A stretch of DNA of 64,000 bases from Minisyncoccota bacterium (GTDB taxonomy: Bacteria > Patescibacteriota > Minisyncoccia > Phycocordibacterales > UBA1006), in assembly GCA_036405175.1 (NCBI GenBank), contig DASWYC010000002.1:537080-601079 (forward strand), read 5' to 3'. This document shows positions 56,972 to 64,000 of this stretch, piece by piece. Positions within the stretch are counted from its first letter, which is position 1. Each line of letters begins with the position of its first letter. Under the pieces are notes generated by a model. It did no database searches. It was not told the origin of the DNA and saw only the letters and a program-made list of their open reading frames with translations. Position numbers and translations under genes: made by a program.

Positions 56972-57295
56972 AGTTGTATATTACTGCTTTTTAAAAATAA
57001 ATAAAAGTAATAGCAATAGATAACAGTAAGGTTTGTGGATTTTGTGAATAACTCGAAAAGTGCCTTAAATTTAAGGAAGTTTGATGACTTTTGACTGGGG
57101 AAATGCAAGGAATAACTCGGGGAATTATTATAGGAAAACATGGGGAGAATATGTGAATAGTATACCCGTGGGGGAAAACCGAACGTTATCCTGGGGTTAT
57201 TGATAGGTTATCCTGAAGGAAATCCACGCATAATCCCCAGTTATTTGGGGAAACTGGGGATGAGACACTTGAATAAGTGTATATGAATATATGTA
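56972..57295. promoter_or_regulatory. dnaA–dnaN intergenic region with DnaA-box-like sites and ≥7 iterated TGGGGA(A) motifs: candidate oriC module
   Basis: tgtggattt, atccacgc, ttatcctgg, ttatcctga. G4 tracts at ~57097, 57118, 57142, 57170, 57193, 57247, 57256 on one strand plus one inverted copy (taatcccca). Confidence 0.55.
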
Positions 57296-58681
57296 TTACC
57301 GAGTAGCTAGGTGTCCACGAATGGTTTCAAGGTCGTGAATCATTTGCGCATCATTTTGAGAAAGATCTTTTACTTTTTCTACCGAGTGGATTACGGTTGT
57401 GTGATCACGTCCTCCAAATTCCTTACCAATATTAGGGAATGAAATATTATAGTCCTCGCGAAGAATATACATTGCTACTTGGCGCACATGCACTACTTCT
57501 TTCCTGCGCGTTTTATCAAAGAGTTCTTCTGGTGATTGATTGAAGTAGTTGGCAACAATCTTTACAATATCTTCAATTGAAACTGATTTATGGGCTTTTT
57601 GGCTGTTTTTAAGAAGATTTCCCACAAATGCTGGCGTTACTACTTCTGGCCGGGTCTTCATGGTGGTAATCACTAAATTACACATTCCTTCAAGTTCACG
57701 AATATTTCCCTCCAATGCTTCAGCAATAGCAGAAATAATCTCTTCTGGAAGCACTACGCCTTCTTTTTCAGCCTTTCGTTTAATGATTACATAGCGAGAT
57801 TCATAATCCGGAAGACTTACATCAACCGTCATTCCTTGTTGGAATCGTGATGTCATGCGAGATTCAAATCCCTGCAAGAGTGATGGGTGCTTATCTGATG
57901 AGAAAATAATTTGTTTTCCTTCGTTGTGAAGTTCGTTAAAGATATTAAAGAGAATTTCCTGCACTTTTTCTTTTCCTCCCACAAACTGAATATCATCAAC
58001 AATAAAAACATCATATTTTGTATAGCGATTTTTAAGATTGTTAATACTATTAGTGATGTTTGGATTCACAAATGAATTAATGATATCAGTGATAAATTTA
58101 TCAGAACTTGTATAAAACACTGATAATTCAGGATGTTTTTCACGAAATGCATTTCCAGTTGCCTGAATAAGATGCGTTTTTCCAATCCCGGTAGGTCCAA
58201 AAATAAAGAGCGGATTGTATTTTCCTGGTTCATTTACCGTTGCAACAGCAGTGTGATATGCAATTTCATTAAACGTACCTAAAATATAGTTATCAAAGGT
58301 GTAGCGTGTATTGAGATTGCTGAGTTTGTTTACATACAGGTCAGAAATAGGTAATTCATTGCCAAGTTGTTGATGAATAGGTTTCTTTTCTGATTTTGGT
58401 TTGTCAGTAATGGGGTTTTTGCGTGAAACGGTAAATTCAATAGCACGAATTGAGTCATTAATTTCTCGTAAAATGCGGAGCAAGGTTTTTTGGAATTTAG
58501 TAGCAAGCCATTCTTTTACAAATTCATTCGGTGTTCCAAGATAAACGGTACCCTCATGATCAACTGAATCAATAAACGTTCCTTTAAACCATGTTTGAAA
58601 TGCTGCTGGTGAAATTTCTGTTTGGAGTTTCGTCAATGATTCTTCCCATAATGATTGTGTATCAAGTGATGAAATTTCCAT
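57296..58681 (-). CDS. dnaA: Chromosomal replication initiator DnaA
   Basis: AAA+ Walker A GPTGIGKTHL; Walker B …VFIVDDIQF…; C-terminal DNA-binding domain …LIGKEFGGRDHTTVIHS…. Confidence 0.9.
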   Translation of the reverse strand: MEISSLDTQSLWEESLTKLQTEISPAAFQTWFKGTFIDSVDHEGTVYLGTPNEFVKEWLATKFQKTLLRILREINDSIRAIEFTVSRKNPITDKPKSEKKPIHQQLGNELPISDLYVNKLSNLNTRYTFDNYILGTFNEIAYHTAVATVNEPGKYNPLFIFGPTGIGKTHLIQATGNAFREKHPELSVFYTSSDKFITDIINSFVNPNITNSINNLKNRYTKYDVFIVDDIQFVGGKEKVQEILFNIFNELHNEGKQIIFSSDKHPSLLQGFESRMTSRFQQGMTVDVSLPDYESRYVIIKRKAEKEGVVLPEEIISAIAEALEGNIRELEGMCNLVITTMKTRPEVVTPAFVGNLLKNSQKAHKSVSIEDIVKIVANYFNQSPEELFDKTRRKEVVHVRQVAMYILREDYNISFPNIGKEFGGRDHTTVIHSVEKVKDLSQNDAQMIHDLETIRGHLATR

Positions 58682-58896
58682 AGTTGAATACTATTATACG
58701 TGGATACAATTTTGTGCAAAACCAACAACCATACTACAGGTTATCCACAAAAAGTTGTAAAGACTGTGGAGAAATAGGAAAATAAGGGGAAAGACCTGTG
58801 GATTAGTGTGGATAACTTTGGGGATTAGATGTTGAATAGATGAAGGTCCTAAAAACTCTTGCAAAATAGGCCGAACTTTGATAGTATTTCTGTACT
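58682..58896. promoter_or_regulatory. dnaA upstream / rpmH upstream region with DnaA-box cluster (2 perfect + 3 imperfect) and candidate rpmH promoter TTGCAA-N17-TAGTAT
   Basis: ttatccaca at 58741-58749 and tgtggataa at 58807-58815 are perfect. cgtggatac, ctgtggaga and tgtggatta are imperfect. -35/-10-like hexamers at 58859-58887. Confidence 0.6.
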
Positions 58897-59031
58897 ATGT
58901 CAATTACGTATCACCCACGAAAAAAGAAAAGAAAGACTACTCACGGATTCTTGGTACGCATGAAAACCGCGAATGGACGTTCTGTAATCCGTCGCCGTCG
59001 TGCCCAAGGACGAAAATCATTGAGCGTGTAA
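58897..59031 (+). CDS. rpmH: 50S ribosomal protein L34
   Basis: [44 protein letters not shown] is canonical L34 (44 aa). Missed by the longest-ORF track because an overlapping frame was reported instead. Confidence 0.9.
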   Translation: MSITYHPRKKKRKTTHGFLVRMKTANGRSVIRRRRAQGRKSLSV

Positions 59032-59048
59032 TACGCTATAGTAGGCAT

Positions 59049-59396
59049 ATGATACCTAAATCATGCCGACTCAGTTATCAAGACATTTTGATAGTAAAAA
59101 AACAGGGTATTAGAACACGGATTTCGTGGATTTTAGTGCAGTCTATGCCTGTGCCGCAAGGTAATTCAGCTAAATTAGGAGTGGTAGTAAGTAAGAAAAT
59201 TGCATCAAGCTCAGTAGCTCGTCACCGGATAAAACGTATTTTATTGGATGAACTTTTTTCTACGGCTCTTACAACAAATAAATATATATTAGTGAGTATT
59301 CAACAACTTCCTGAGGGTGTGGGAAGTTTAAGAACAGTTGCGGAGCGGCGTGTTTTTAGAGAGGAAATTGGAAGAATCGCTGAAAAGCTTATATAA
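59049..59396 (+). CDS. rnpA: Ribonuclease P protein component
   Basis: 115-aa basic protein directly after rpmH, …LGVVVSKKIASSSVARHRIKRILLD…. Confidence 0.85.
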   Translation: MIPKSCRLSYQDILIVKKQGIRTRISWILVQSMPVPQGNSAKLGVVVSKKIASSSVARHRIKRILLDELFSTALTTNKYILVSIQQLPEGVGSLRTVAERRVFREEIGRIAEKLI

Positions 59397-59399
59397 AGT

Positions 59400-59606
59400 A
59401 TGGGAGTTCTTAAATCAACTTATAAATTTATTCGTATTATTACCCAAACAGATTATGTGGGGGAATGCCGCTTTCACCCTACCTGTAGTGAATATTGTGC
59501 TGAATGCTACAAAAAATATGATCCATTTAAGGCTACAGTAAAGTCTGCGTGGCGATTATTACGATGTAATCCATGGAATAAATCATATGGAGTTGATGTG
59601 CCGTAA
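59400..59606 (+). CDS. yidD: Membrane protein insertion efficiency factor YidD
   Basis: …CRFHPTCSEYCAECYKKYDP… has the conserved Cys pattern. 68 aa. Confidence 0.85.
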   Translation: MGVLKSTYKFIRIITQTDYVGECRFHPTCSEYCAECYKKYDPFKATVKSAWRLLRCNPWNKSYGVDVP

Positions 59607-59617
59607 TGTAGATTAAT

Positions 59618-59655
59618 AAAAACAGCCCGATCAGCGAAGCTGATCGGGCTGTTTT
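59618..59655 (+). terminator. Palindromic terminator aaaacagcccgatcagc-gaag-gctgatcgggctgtttt
   Basis: 16-bp perfect stem with GATC-containing core ccgatcagc/gctgatcgg. Core recurs at 60948-60990 in inverted orientation. Confidence 0.7.
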
Positions 59656-59727
59656 ACTGTAAATTTAGACCACAGATAAATATAACGATTACTTGGTAAA
59701 AACGGAATTTCGTTTATACTAGAATCC

Positions 59728-60459
59728 ATGTTTAAGACAATTTTTGTTGCACCGCTTTATAACGCCTTTATTTTTATTACCTCACATGTAGGAAATTCTG
59801 CAATTCTTGGGCTTATTATTATCACTTTGATAATCAAACTTATTTTGCTCTACTTTACCTACAAAACCACCATCTCTCAGTGGTATCAAAAACTCCTTGA
59901 GCCAGAAGTTGAAGCTATTAAAAAGAATGTTCTAGATACAATTGAACAAAATAAACAAGTTTTTGCACTGTATGGGCGCTACAATATTAATCCATTTTCA
60001 GGATGTCTCCCTATTTTGATTCAATTACCAATCATTATTGCGCTTTATCAGATTTTTTATCGAGGAATTGATGCCTATAAAGAACTTTTATATGTGCCAT
60101 TTGATTTAACTACGATTTCATACACAATCGCTGGGCTTGATTTCTCTCATTCGGTACCACTGTTTGCAATTCTTGCTGGAGTTGTGCAATTCTTGTATGG
60201 ATATTTGAGTCAAAAGCGCCTTGATACTATTCAGAAAAAAGTAAACCAAGGAATTGTTAAAGAAGTAAATCCAGAAAATCCTCTTGATATGTCGAATATT
60301 CTTAAGAAGCAAATGCTCTATTTGGCACCAGCGATGATTATTGGATTTGGATTGTATTTGCCAGGGGCAGTAGCAATCTATTGGATTATTTCTACTGGAT
60401 TTAGTATGCTACAAGAAGCAGTGATGTGGCGCCGCTGGAAGCGTAAACATCTCGCCTAA
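59728..60459 (+). CDS. yidC: Membrane protein insertase YidC (short form)
   Basis: 5-TM 60-kDa-inner-membrane-protein core (…PFSGCLPILIQLPIIIALYQ…), 243 aa. Position after yidD. Confidence 0.85.
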   Translation: MFKTIFVAPLYNAFIFITSHVGNSAILGLIIITLIIKLILLYFTYKTTISQWYQKLLEPEVEAIKKNVLDTIEQNKQVFALYGRYNINPFSGCLPILIQLPIIIALYQIFYRGIDAYKELLYVPFDLTTISYTIAGLDFSHSVPLFAILAGVVQFLYGYLSQKRLDTIQKKVNQGIVKEVNPENPLDMSNILKKQMLYLAPAMIIGFGLYLPGAVAIYWIISTGFSMLQEAVMWRRWKRKHLA

Positions 60460-60463
60460 TGGT

Positions 60464-60934
60464 ATGAATACTGAACACCACAAAGAAATTGCTCAAAAAA
60501 TACTCGCATATTGTGGTGAAGAAGTACTTGCGGTAGAAACAACCATACGAAGCGATCTTGGGGTAACCTTAATTAATTTCCGCCTCACCGACGGTAAGAA
60601 ATTCATCTATAATCAAGGTGAAGCATTGCGTGCGTTCAATACGGTTATTCGCTCAATTGTTGAAAAAAATGTTGGAACACTTAAAGAGACTGCGTGGCTG
60701 ATAGATATTAATAATTTTTATTTTCATTATATTGAGGATATTCAGCAAGGAACACGGCACATTATTGAAAAAGTAAAAAAGACCGGAAAACCTCATGACC
60801 TGCCACCTCAAAATCCGTTTGATCGACGTATTGTGCATCATACGGTGCAGAGTGATGGTCACGTAATTTCCACCTCAGAAGGAGAAGGGTTTGAACGACA
60901 CATTGTTATTTCTTTGAAGGAAAGCGGTGAATAA
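60464..60934 (+). CDS. Jag/KhpB-like R3H-domain RNA-binding protein
   Basis: C-terminal R3H region …FDRRIVHHTVQSDGHVISTSEGEGFERHIVI… Conserved position after yidC. Confidence 0.75.
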   Translation: MNTEHHKEIAQKILAYCGEEVLAVETTIRSDLGVTLINFRLTDGKKFIYNQGEALRAFNTVIRSIVEKNVGTLKETAWLIDINNFYFHYIEDIQQGTRHIIEKVKKTGKPHDLPPQNPFDRRIVHHTVQSDGHVISTSEGEGFERHIVISLKESGE

Positions 60935-60947
60935 AAAAGTGGGAGGA

Positions 60948-60990
60948 TTGATAAGAGTCCGATCAGCTTCGCTGATCGGACTCTTATCAA
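60948..60990 (+). terminator. Palindromic terminator ttgataagagtccgatcagc-ttcg-gctgatcggactcttatcaa
   Basis: 19-bp perfect stem. Same core as 59618-59655 with different outer stem. Confidence 0.7.
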
Positions 60991-61001
60991 ATTGGATAGT
61001 T

Positions 61002-62555
61002 TTACTTCACAAAATCAACCAACGATACCATCCAAGGTTCCATAGTTAAGCGATTAATGAATCCAAAGTATTTATTTTCCGAACTAACCACTCCCTTAAA
61101 TACATCTACTTCTTCTGTAGGTTGAGGAAGACTAATTAGAATATTATCTATGATGCTATACGCCTTAATTTCATCATTCGTACTATAGCCCTTAAGCCAC
61201 TCGTCGGGACTTAATCCACCATCAGCAGGTATTCCGCAAATAATATATTTTGAATCATGGGTCCAAGCGCATTTATCAGGAAGGGTAACAAATGGAACTT
61301 GTATAGAAATGAACGTTGAATTATTAAGGATATAAAGTGTTTGGTGATCGTCACTTTCTGAATAGAGGGTGTAATTCCCATCAGGGCTTACTAATGTCAT
61401 AAGTCCGGGAATATTTTCTAATAATGTAGTGCGAGCGCCAGTTTTTACATTAAATTTATATGAAACACCGTCATATCCTGTTGCGGGGCGGGCTGTTAGT
61501 ATTAAGGTCTCTGAGTTTGGAAATTCATGATTAAAATCAGTGAATGGTGATGTAAAAATTTGATTATAGGTTGCTGGTTTTGATACATCACTTATAACTC
61601 CAAAGGAAATAGAGTCGTTATTAAGCAAAAGAATGCTTCCCTTAGTGTCTGTGGGTGACAATAACATATCATTTACAGTATTGCTTTGGAGTTGATATGT
61701 AAGGAGATATTCTGGTATTTCTTCACCACTTGCTCTTTTTTCTTCCTTGATGATGTCTGAGCACGTATTTGAAAGAAGATTTAATGTAGTTTGGTCAAGT
61801 AAGCCTGTTGGTTTTTTAGAAAGACTTTTTTGTGTTTGAAATACCTGAATAAGACTTTGAACATTTGTCTTGTAGTCTGTAAAAGGAGGAAAACTTGCTG
61901 GAATTATAGAGTTAACTTGAAGTAGTCCGTATATTTGCTCGAGTTCTTCCTGATTATAAATATTTTTTTTATTAATTACCAGAGAATAAGGGCAATAATT
62001 AGTATTATTTTTAGTAAGATAGCCAACACGATGACTCAAGCTGGTAAGTGTTCGCGAACGGGCAATAATAGTTGAGAGATTATTTCCAAAACTCGCATCA
62101 AACAGCTCTGGCGTATCACCGCTCGCAAAAAGCGTTTCTTGAGGCTGGGCATTTTTAAAAGCTATGCGTTTAATAGTTCCATTTTCTTCTGTAATTAAAC
62201 GTGGAAATGGAAGAAATTGCGGAAGATCTGGAGAGCTTGAGACTATAGATTCCTCAGGGACGCTAATTCCCACAGTAGGGGTGGTAGTTAATTTAACTAC
62301 ATTTGGAATACCTTGTGAATCATTATTAAAATCTTTAAGACTATTAGGAATTATTTTTTTTGTTTGTTCTCCAAGATATTCCGTAACGGTATCAACGGTT
62401 TCGCGTGTAAGATTTTTAATACCTTCAAAAAGAGTAGGATTTCCCTCGCTAGTCTTAGGTTCTCTGCTTTTGAGCGCTGTAACCACAATAATGATTACAA
62501 TTAAAATACCACCAACAATAAGAAATAACTTTCCGCGAGACTGTCCTGAATTCAT
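61002..62555 (-). CDS. Membrane-anchored extracytoplasmic protein with probable beta-propeller (PD40/TolB-like) C-terminal region
   Basis: N-terminal TM helix LFLIVGGILIVIIIVVTAL. Repeated …DG.Y… strand-like segments (SPDGNYTLYSESDD…, DGVSYKFNVKTG…). Confidence 0.5.
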   Translation of the reverse strand: MNSGQSRGKLFLIVGGILIVIIIVVTALKSREPKTSEGNPTLFEGIKNLTRETVDTVTEYLGEQTKKIIPNSLKDFNNDSQGIPNVVKLTTTPTVGISVPEESIVSSSPDLPQFLPFPRLITEENGTIKRIAFKNAQPQETLFASGDTPELFDASFGNNLSTIIARSRTLTSLSHRVGYLTKNNTNYCPYSLVINKKNIYNQEELEQIYGLLQVNSIIPASFPPFTDYKTNVQSLIQVFQTQKSLSKKPTGLLDQTTLNLLSNTCSDIIKEEKRASGEEIPEYLLTYQLQSNTVNDMLLSPTDTKGSILLLNNDSISFGVISDVSKPATYNQIFTSPFTDFNHEFPNSETLILTARPATGYDGVSYKFNVKTGARTTLLENIPGLMTLVSPDGNYTLYSESDDHQTLYILNNSTFISIQVPFVTLPDKCAWTHDSKYIICGIPADGGLSPDEWLKGYSTNDEIKAYSIIDNILISLPQPTEEVDVFKGVVSSENKYFGFINRLTMEPWMVSLVDFVK

Positions 62556-62620
62556 AGAACTAGTATAGCAATATAATTTAGCTAATTTATACGTAAAACC
62601 GGCTTATGGCCGGTTTTAAT

Positions 62621-64000
62621 TTATTTATTTTGACTTTCAAGCATAAGTTTAATATCTGCTTCTGCTTGTTTTGCTTTTTTAACCACTGCATCTCCATAAA
62701 ATTCATTTGGTGGATTTCTACCCGGAGTACATGGGCTACCAGAATAATATTTACAAGCAGCATCTCTTAGTGAATCATAAGAAGTATTTGCGCCATTTAG
62801 CATATAAAGTATCGATGCTCCAAATATTGCCTGTCGCATATCCCAAGGGTCGGTTATAGAAATACCAAGTTTTGAAGCAGCTTTGGTTACCGATAACCAC
62901 GTTGTTGGTATAAATTGCAGAGGTCCCATTGCTCCTCCGCGTCCGCCGCCAGATGGACAAGAGAGGGGTTGGTTTTCTTTCTTGCGATGAAGAATGTTAT
63001 CCATTATTTCTATATAAGCTTTTTGATCGGCTTGTCCATTAGTGCTATTTCCCATAATTGTTTGCCAATTAGGTGTTCCAGCAACATTACATTTTCCAAT
63101 ATTTCCCCCAAGTGCACTTTCTTGTTGAAGGGTTGCCATGATAAAAGCTGCAGGTATCTTTGTTATACCCTCTGCTTCTTTTGCAATTTTATATGCGTCA
63201 GCAAATGCAATCGTTTGTTTTTTTCCGGTTACTGGGTCAAATGATGTATTAAACTCAATATCAGGGAATCCTTGCTCGCTCAAATTGAAGTTTGTTATTC
63301 CAAAGTCAACATCAGTAAGTTTTGGGTCAATAATTGAAAGAATGAGGTATGAACCCAATAGAATAGCAATGGCAATAAATACACGCGAAAGCCATTCCTT
63401 AAGAACTTTAAGTTTTTCAGAATTATCTCTATTTGATGCAATTGCAATACCAATGTAGATAAGGACTGCTACTGAGATAAGACCAAAAATCCCCATAAAT
63501 AACTTAAAAAGATAGGTAACAAAGTGTCCGATATAAAATCTTCCCACAATTACCGTCTTGAAGATTCCTGGAATAACTTTTCCGTTCTTATCTCGTGCTT
63601 CTAAATATCCGACTTGATCAGATACGGGGTCTGTAGCATTAAACTTAATAGGAAGACCTGAAAGAAGGGTGTAGCATTCATCTTTACCTGCAGCTATTTG
63701 TTCGGGCTTTAAATCTTTAATTTGTGTTTGTTTTGGATTTTTAAGGTCTAAATATGTCACCATTTTTTGAGTTTCAGGATCATAGCAAGGATCCCAAGAA
63801 AATCCTTCTTTAATTGTCGTTGATCCAAAACTTCCCAAATCTGTTCCAGGTACGTCCGATCTAATAATAACTGCAGGAATTTTATCAAGCTCTTTATTTA
63901 TCGGAATGCGAACTTTATAGGGATAGAAATCTCCCTGTTTGAGTATGTTTCCCGTAGTGCTCTTTGCAAACACTGCAAGGCTACAATTATAAACTCTATA
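62621..64000 (-). CDS. Membrane protein with C-terminal lytic-transglycosylase/lysozyme-like domain; 5' end extends beyond the window
   Basis: Two TM helices (IGHFVTYLFKLFMGIFGLISVAVLIYIGIAIA; VFIAIAILLGSYLILSII). SLT-like motifs …ATLQQESALGGN… and …GAMGPLQFIPTTW… Frame stays open to the window edge. Confidence 0.6.
   Translation of the reverse strand, partial: YRVYNCSLAVFAKSTTGNILKQGDFYPYKVRIPINKELDKIPAVIIRSDVPGTDLGSFGSTTIKEGFSWDPCYDPETQKMVTYLDLKNPKQTQIKDLKPEQIAAGKDECYTLLSGLPIKFNATDPVSDQVGYLEARDKNGKVIPGIFKTVIVGRFYIGHFVTYLFKLFMGIFGLISVAVLIYIGIAIASNRDNSEKLKVLKEWLSRVFIAIAILLGSYLILSIIDPKLTDVDFGITNFNLSEQGFPDIEFNTSFDPVTGKKQTIAFADAYKIAKEAEGITKIPAAFIMATLQQESALGGNIGKCNVAGTPNWQTIMGNSTNGQADQKAYIEIMDNILHRKKENQPLSCPSGGGRGGAMGPLQFIPTTWLSVTKAASKLGISITDPWDMRQAIFGASILYMLNGANTSYDSLRDAACKYYSGSPCTPGRNPPNEFYGDAVVKKAKQAEADIKLMLESQNK

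Noticed and set aside
58878-59396. 172-aa ORF reported by the track across the rpmH/rnpA region
   Set aside because: It is a frame artefact. The canonical L34 (44 aa) is encoded at 58897-59031 in another frame, and RnpA begins at the internal Met (59049). The first ~55 codons of the long ORF are not real.
1-64000. CRISPR arrays, prophage, plasmid or IS transposase genes
   Set aside because: No regularly spaced direct repeats. No transposase, capsid or terminase ORFs were recognised anywhere in the window.
1-64000. tmRNA, SRP RNA, RNase P RNA
   Set aside because: The characteristic 5'/3' tRNA-like ends of tmRNA, the SRP domain IV motif and the RNase P CR-I/CR-V motifs were not found in any intergenic region by eye. 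They are presumably encoded elsewhere.

Overview
The window is dense, low-GC (about 40% by eye) bacterial chromosome that uses the standard genetic code (TGA is a stop). It carries Candidate Phyla Radiation (CPR)/Patescibacteria hallmarks: no L30 gene between rpsE and rplO, long N- and C-terminal extensions on ribosomal proteins, and a largely single-domain housekeeping gene set.

Two landmark regions are present.
- A ribosomal-protein/secY cluster on the minus strand: rpsS-rplV-rpsC-rplP-rpmC-rpsQ-rplN-rplX-rplE, then a break, then rpsZ-rpsH-rplF-rplR-rpsE-rplO-secY-adk-map.
- The replication origin region: dnaN and dnaA on the minus strand, divergent from rpmH-rnpA-yidD-yidC-jag, with DnaA boxes on both sides of dnaA.

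Other recognisable genes:
- glycolysis and metabolism: pgk, tpiA, ppa, gmk, mscL, a methyltransferase.
- transcription, translation and RNA turnover: nusA, tig-clpP, rny, hup, rpsO, pnp.
- DNA repair and recombination: recJ, rnhA, cca, xth, xerC/D, comM-like, uvrD, ruvB-ruvC, an orphan pilB/gspE ATPase.
- cell wall and envelope: a class A penicillin-binding protein, an M23/LysM peptidase, several secreted or membrane proteins of unknown function.
- four tRNAs: Gly-UCC, Pro-UGG, Gly-GCC, Arg-UCG.

The most unusual signal is a family of five copies of a roughly 110-125 bp structured element. It has a conserved GC-rich core with covarying internal stems and two subtypes. Each copy sits exactly at the symmetry centre of a different perfect 28-36 bp palindrome in an intergenic spacer, including inside the secY-adk spacer and inside the ribosomal-protein cluster. 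This looks like an uncharacterised palindrome-targeting miniature element or structured small-RNA family.

Further observations:
- two smaller palindromic terminator-stem families;
- a DsbA-like protein that appears circularly permuted, inserted divergently into the ribosomal operon;
- a DnaA-box cluster about 29 kb from dnaA;
- iterated TGGGGA motifs in the dnaA-dnaN spacer;
- a pair of paralogous wHTH regulators, each divergent from a target gene that carries the same operator-like motif;
- an A7-tract frameshift in a small membrane-protein gene;
- a candidate structured RNA between pilB and ruvB.

All calls are from reading the sequence and ORF translations by eye; no database searches were run.
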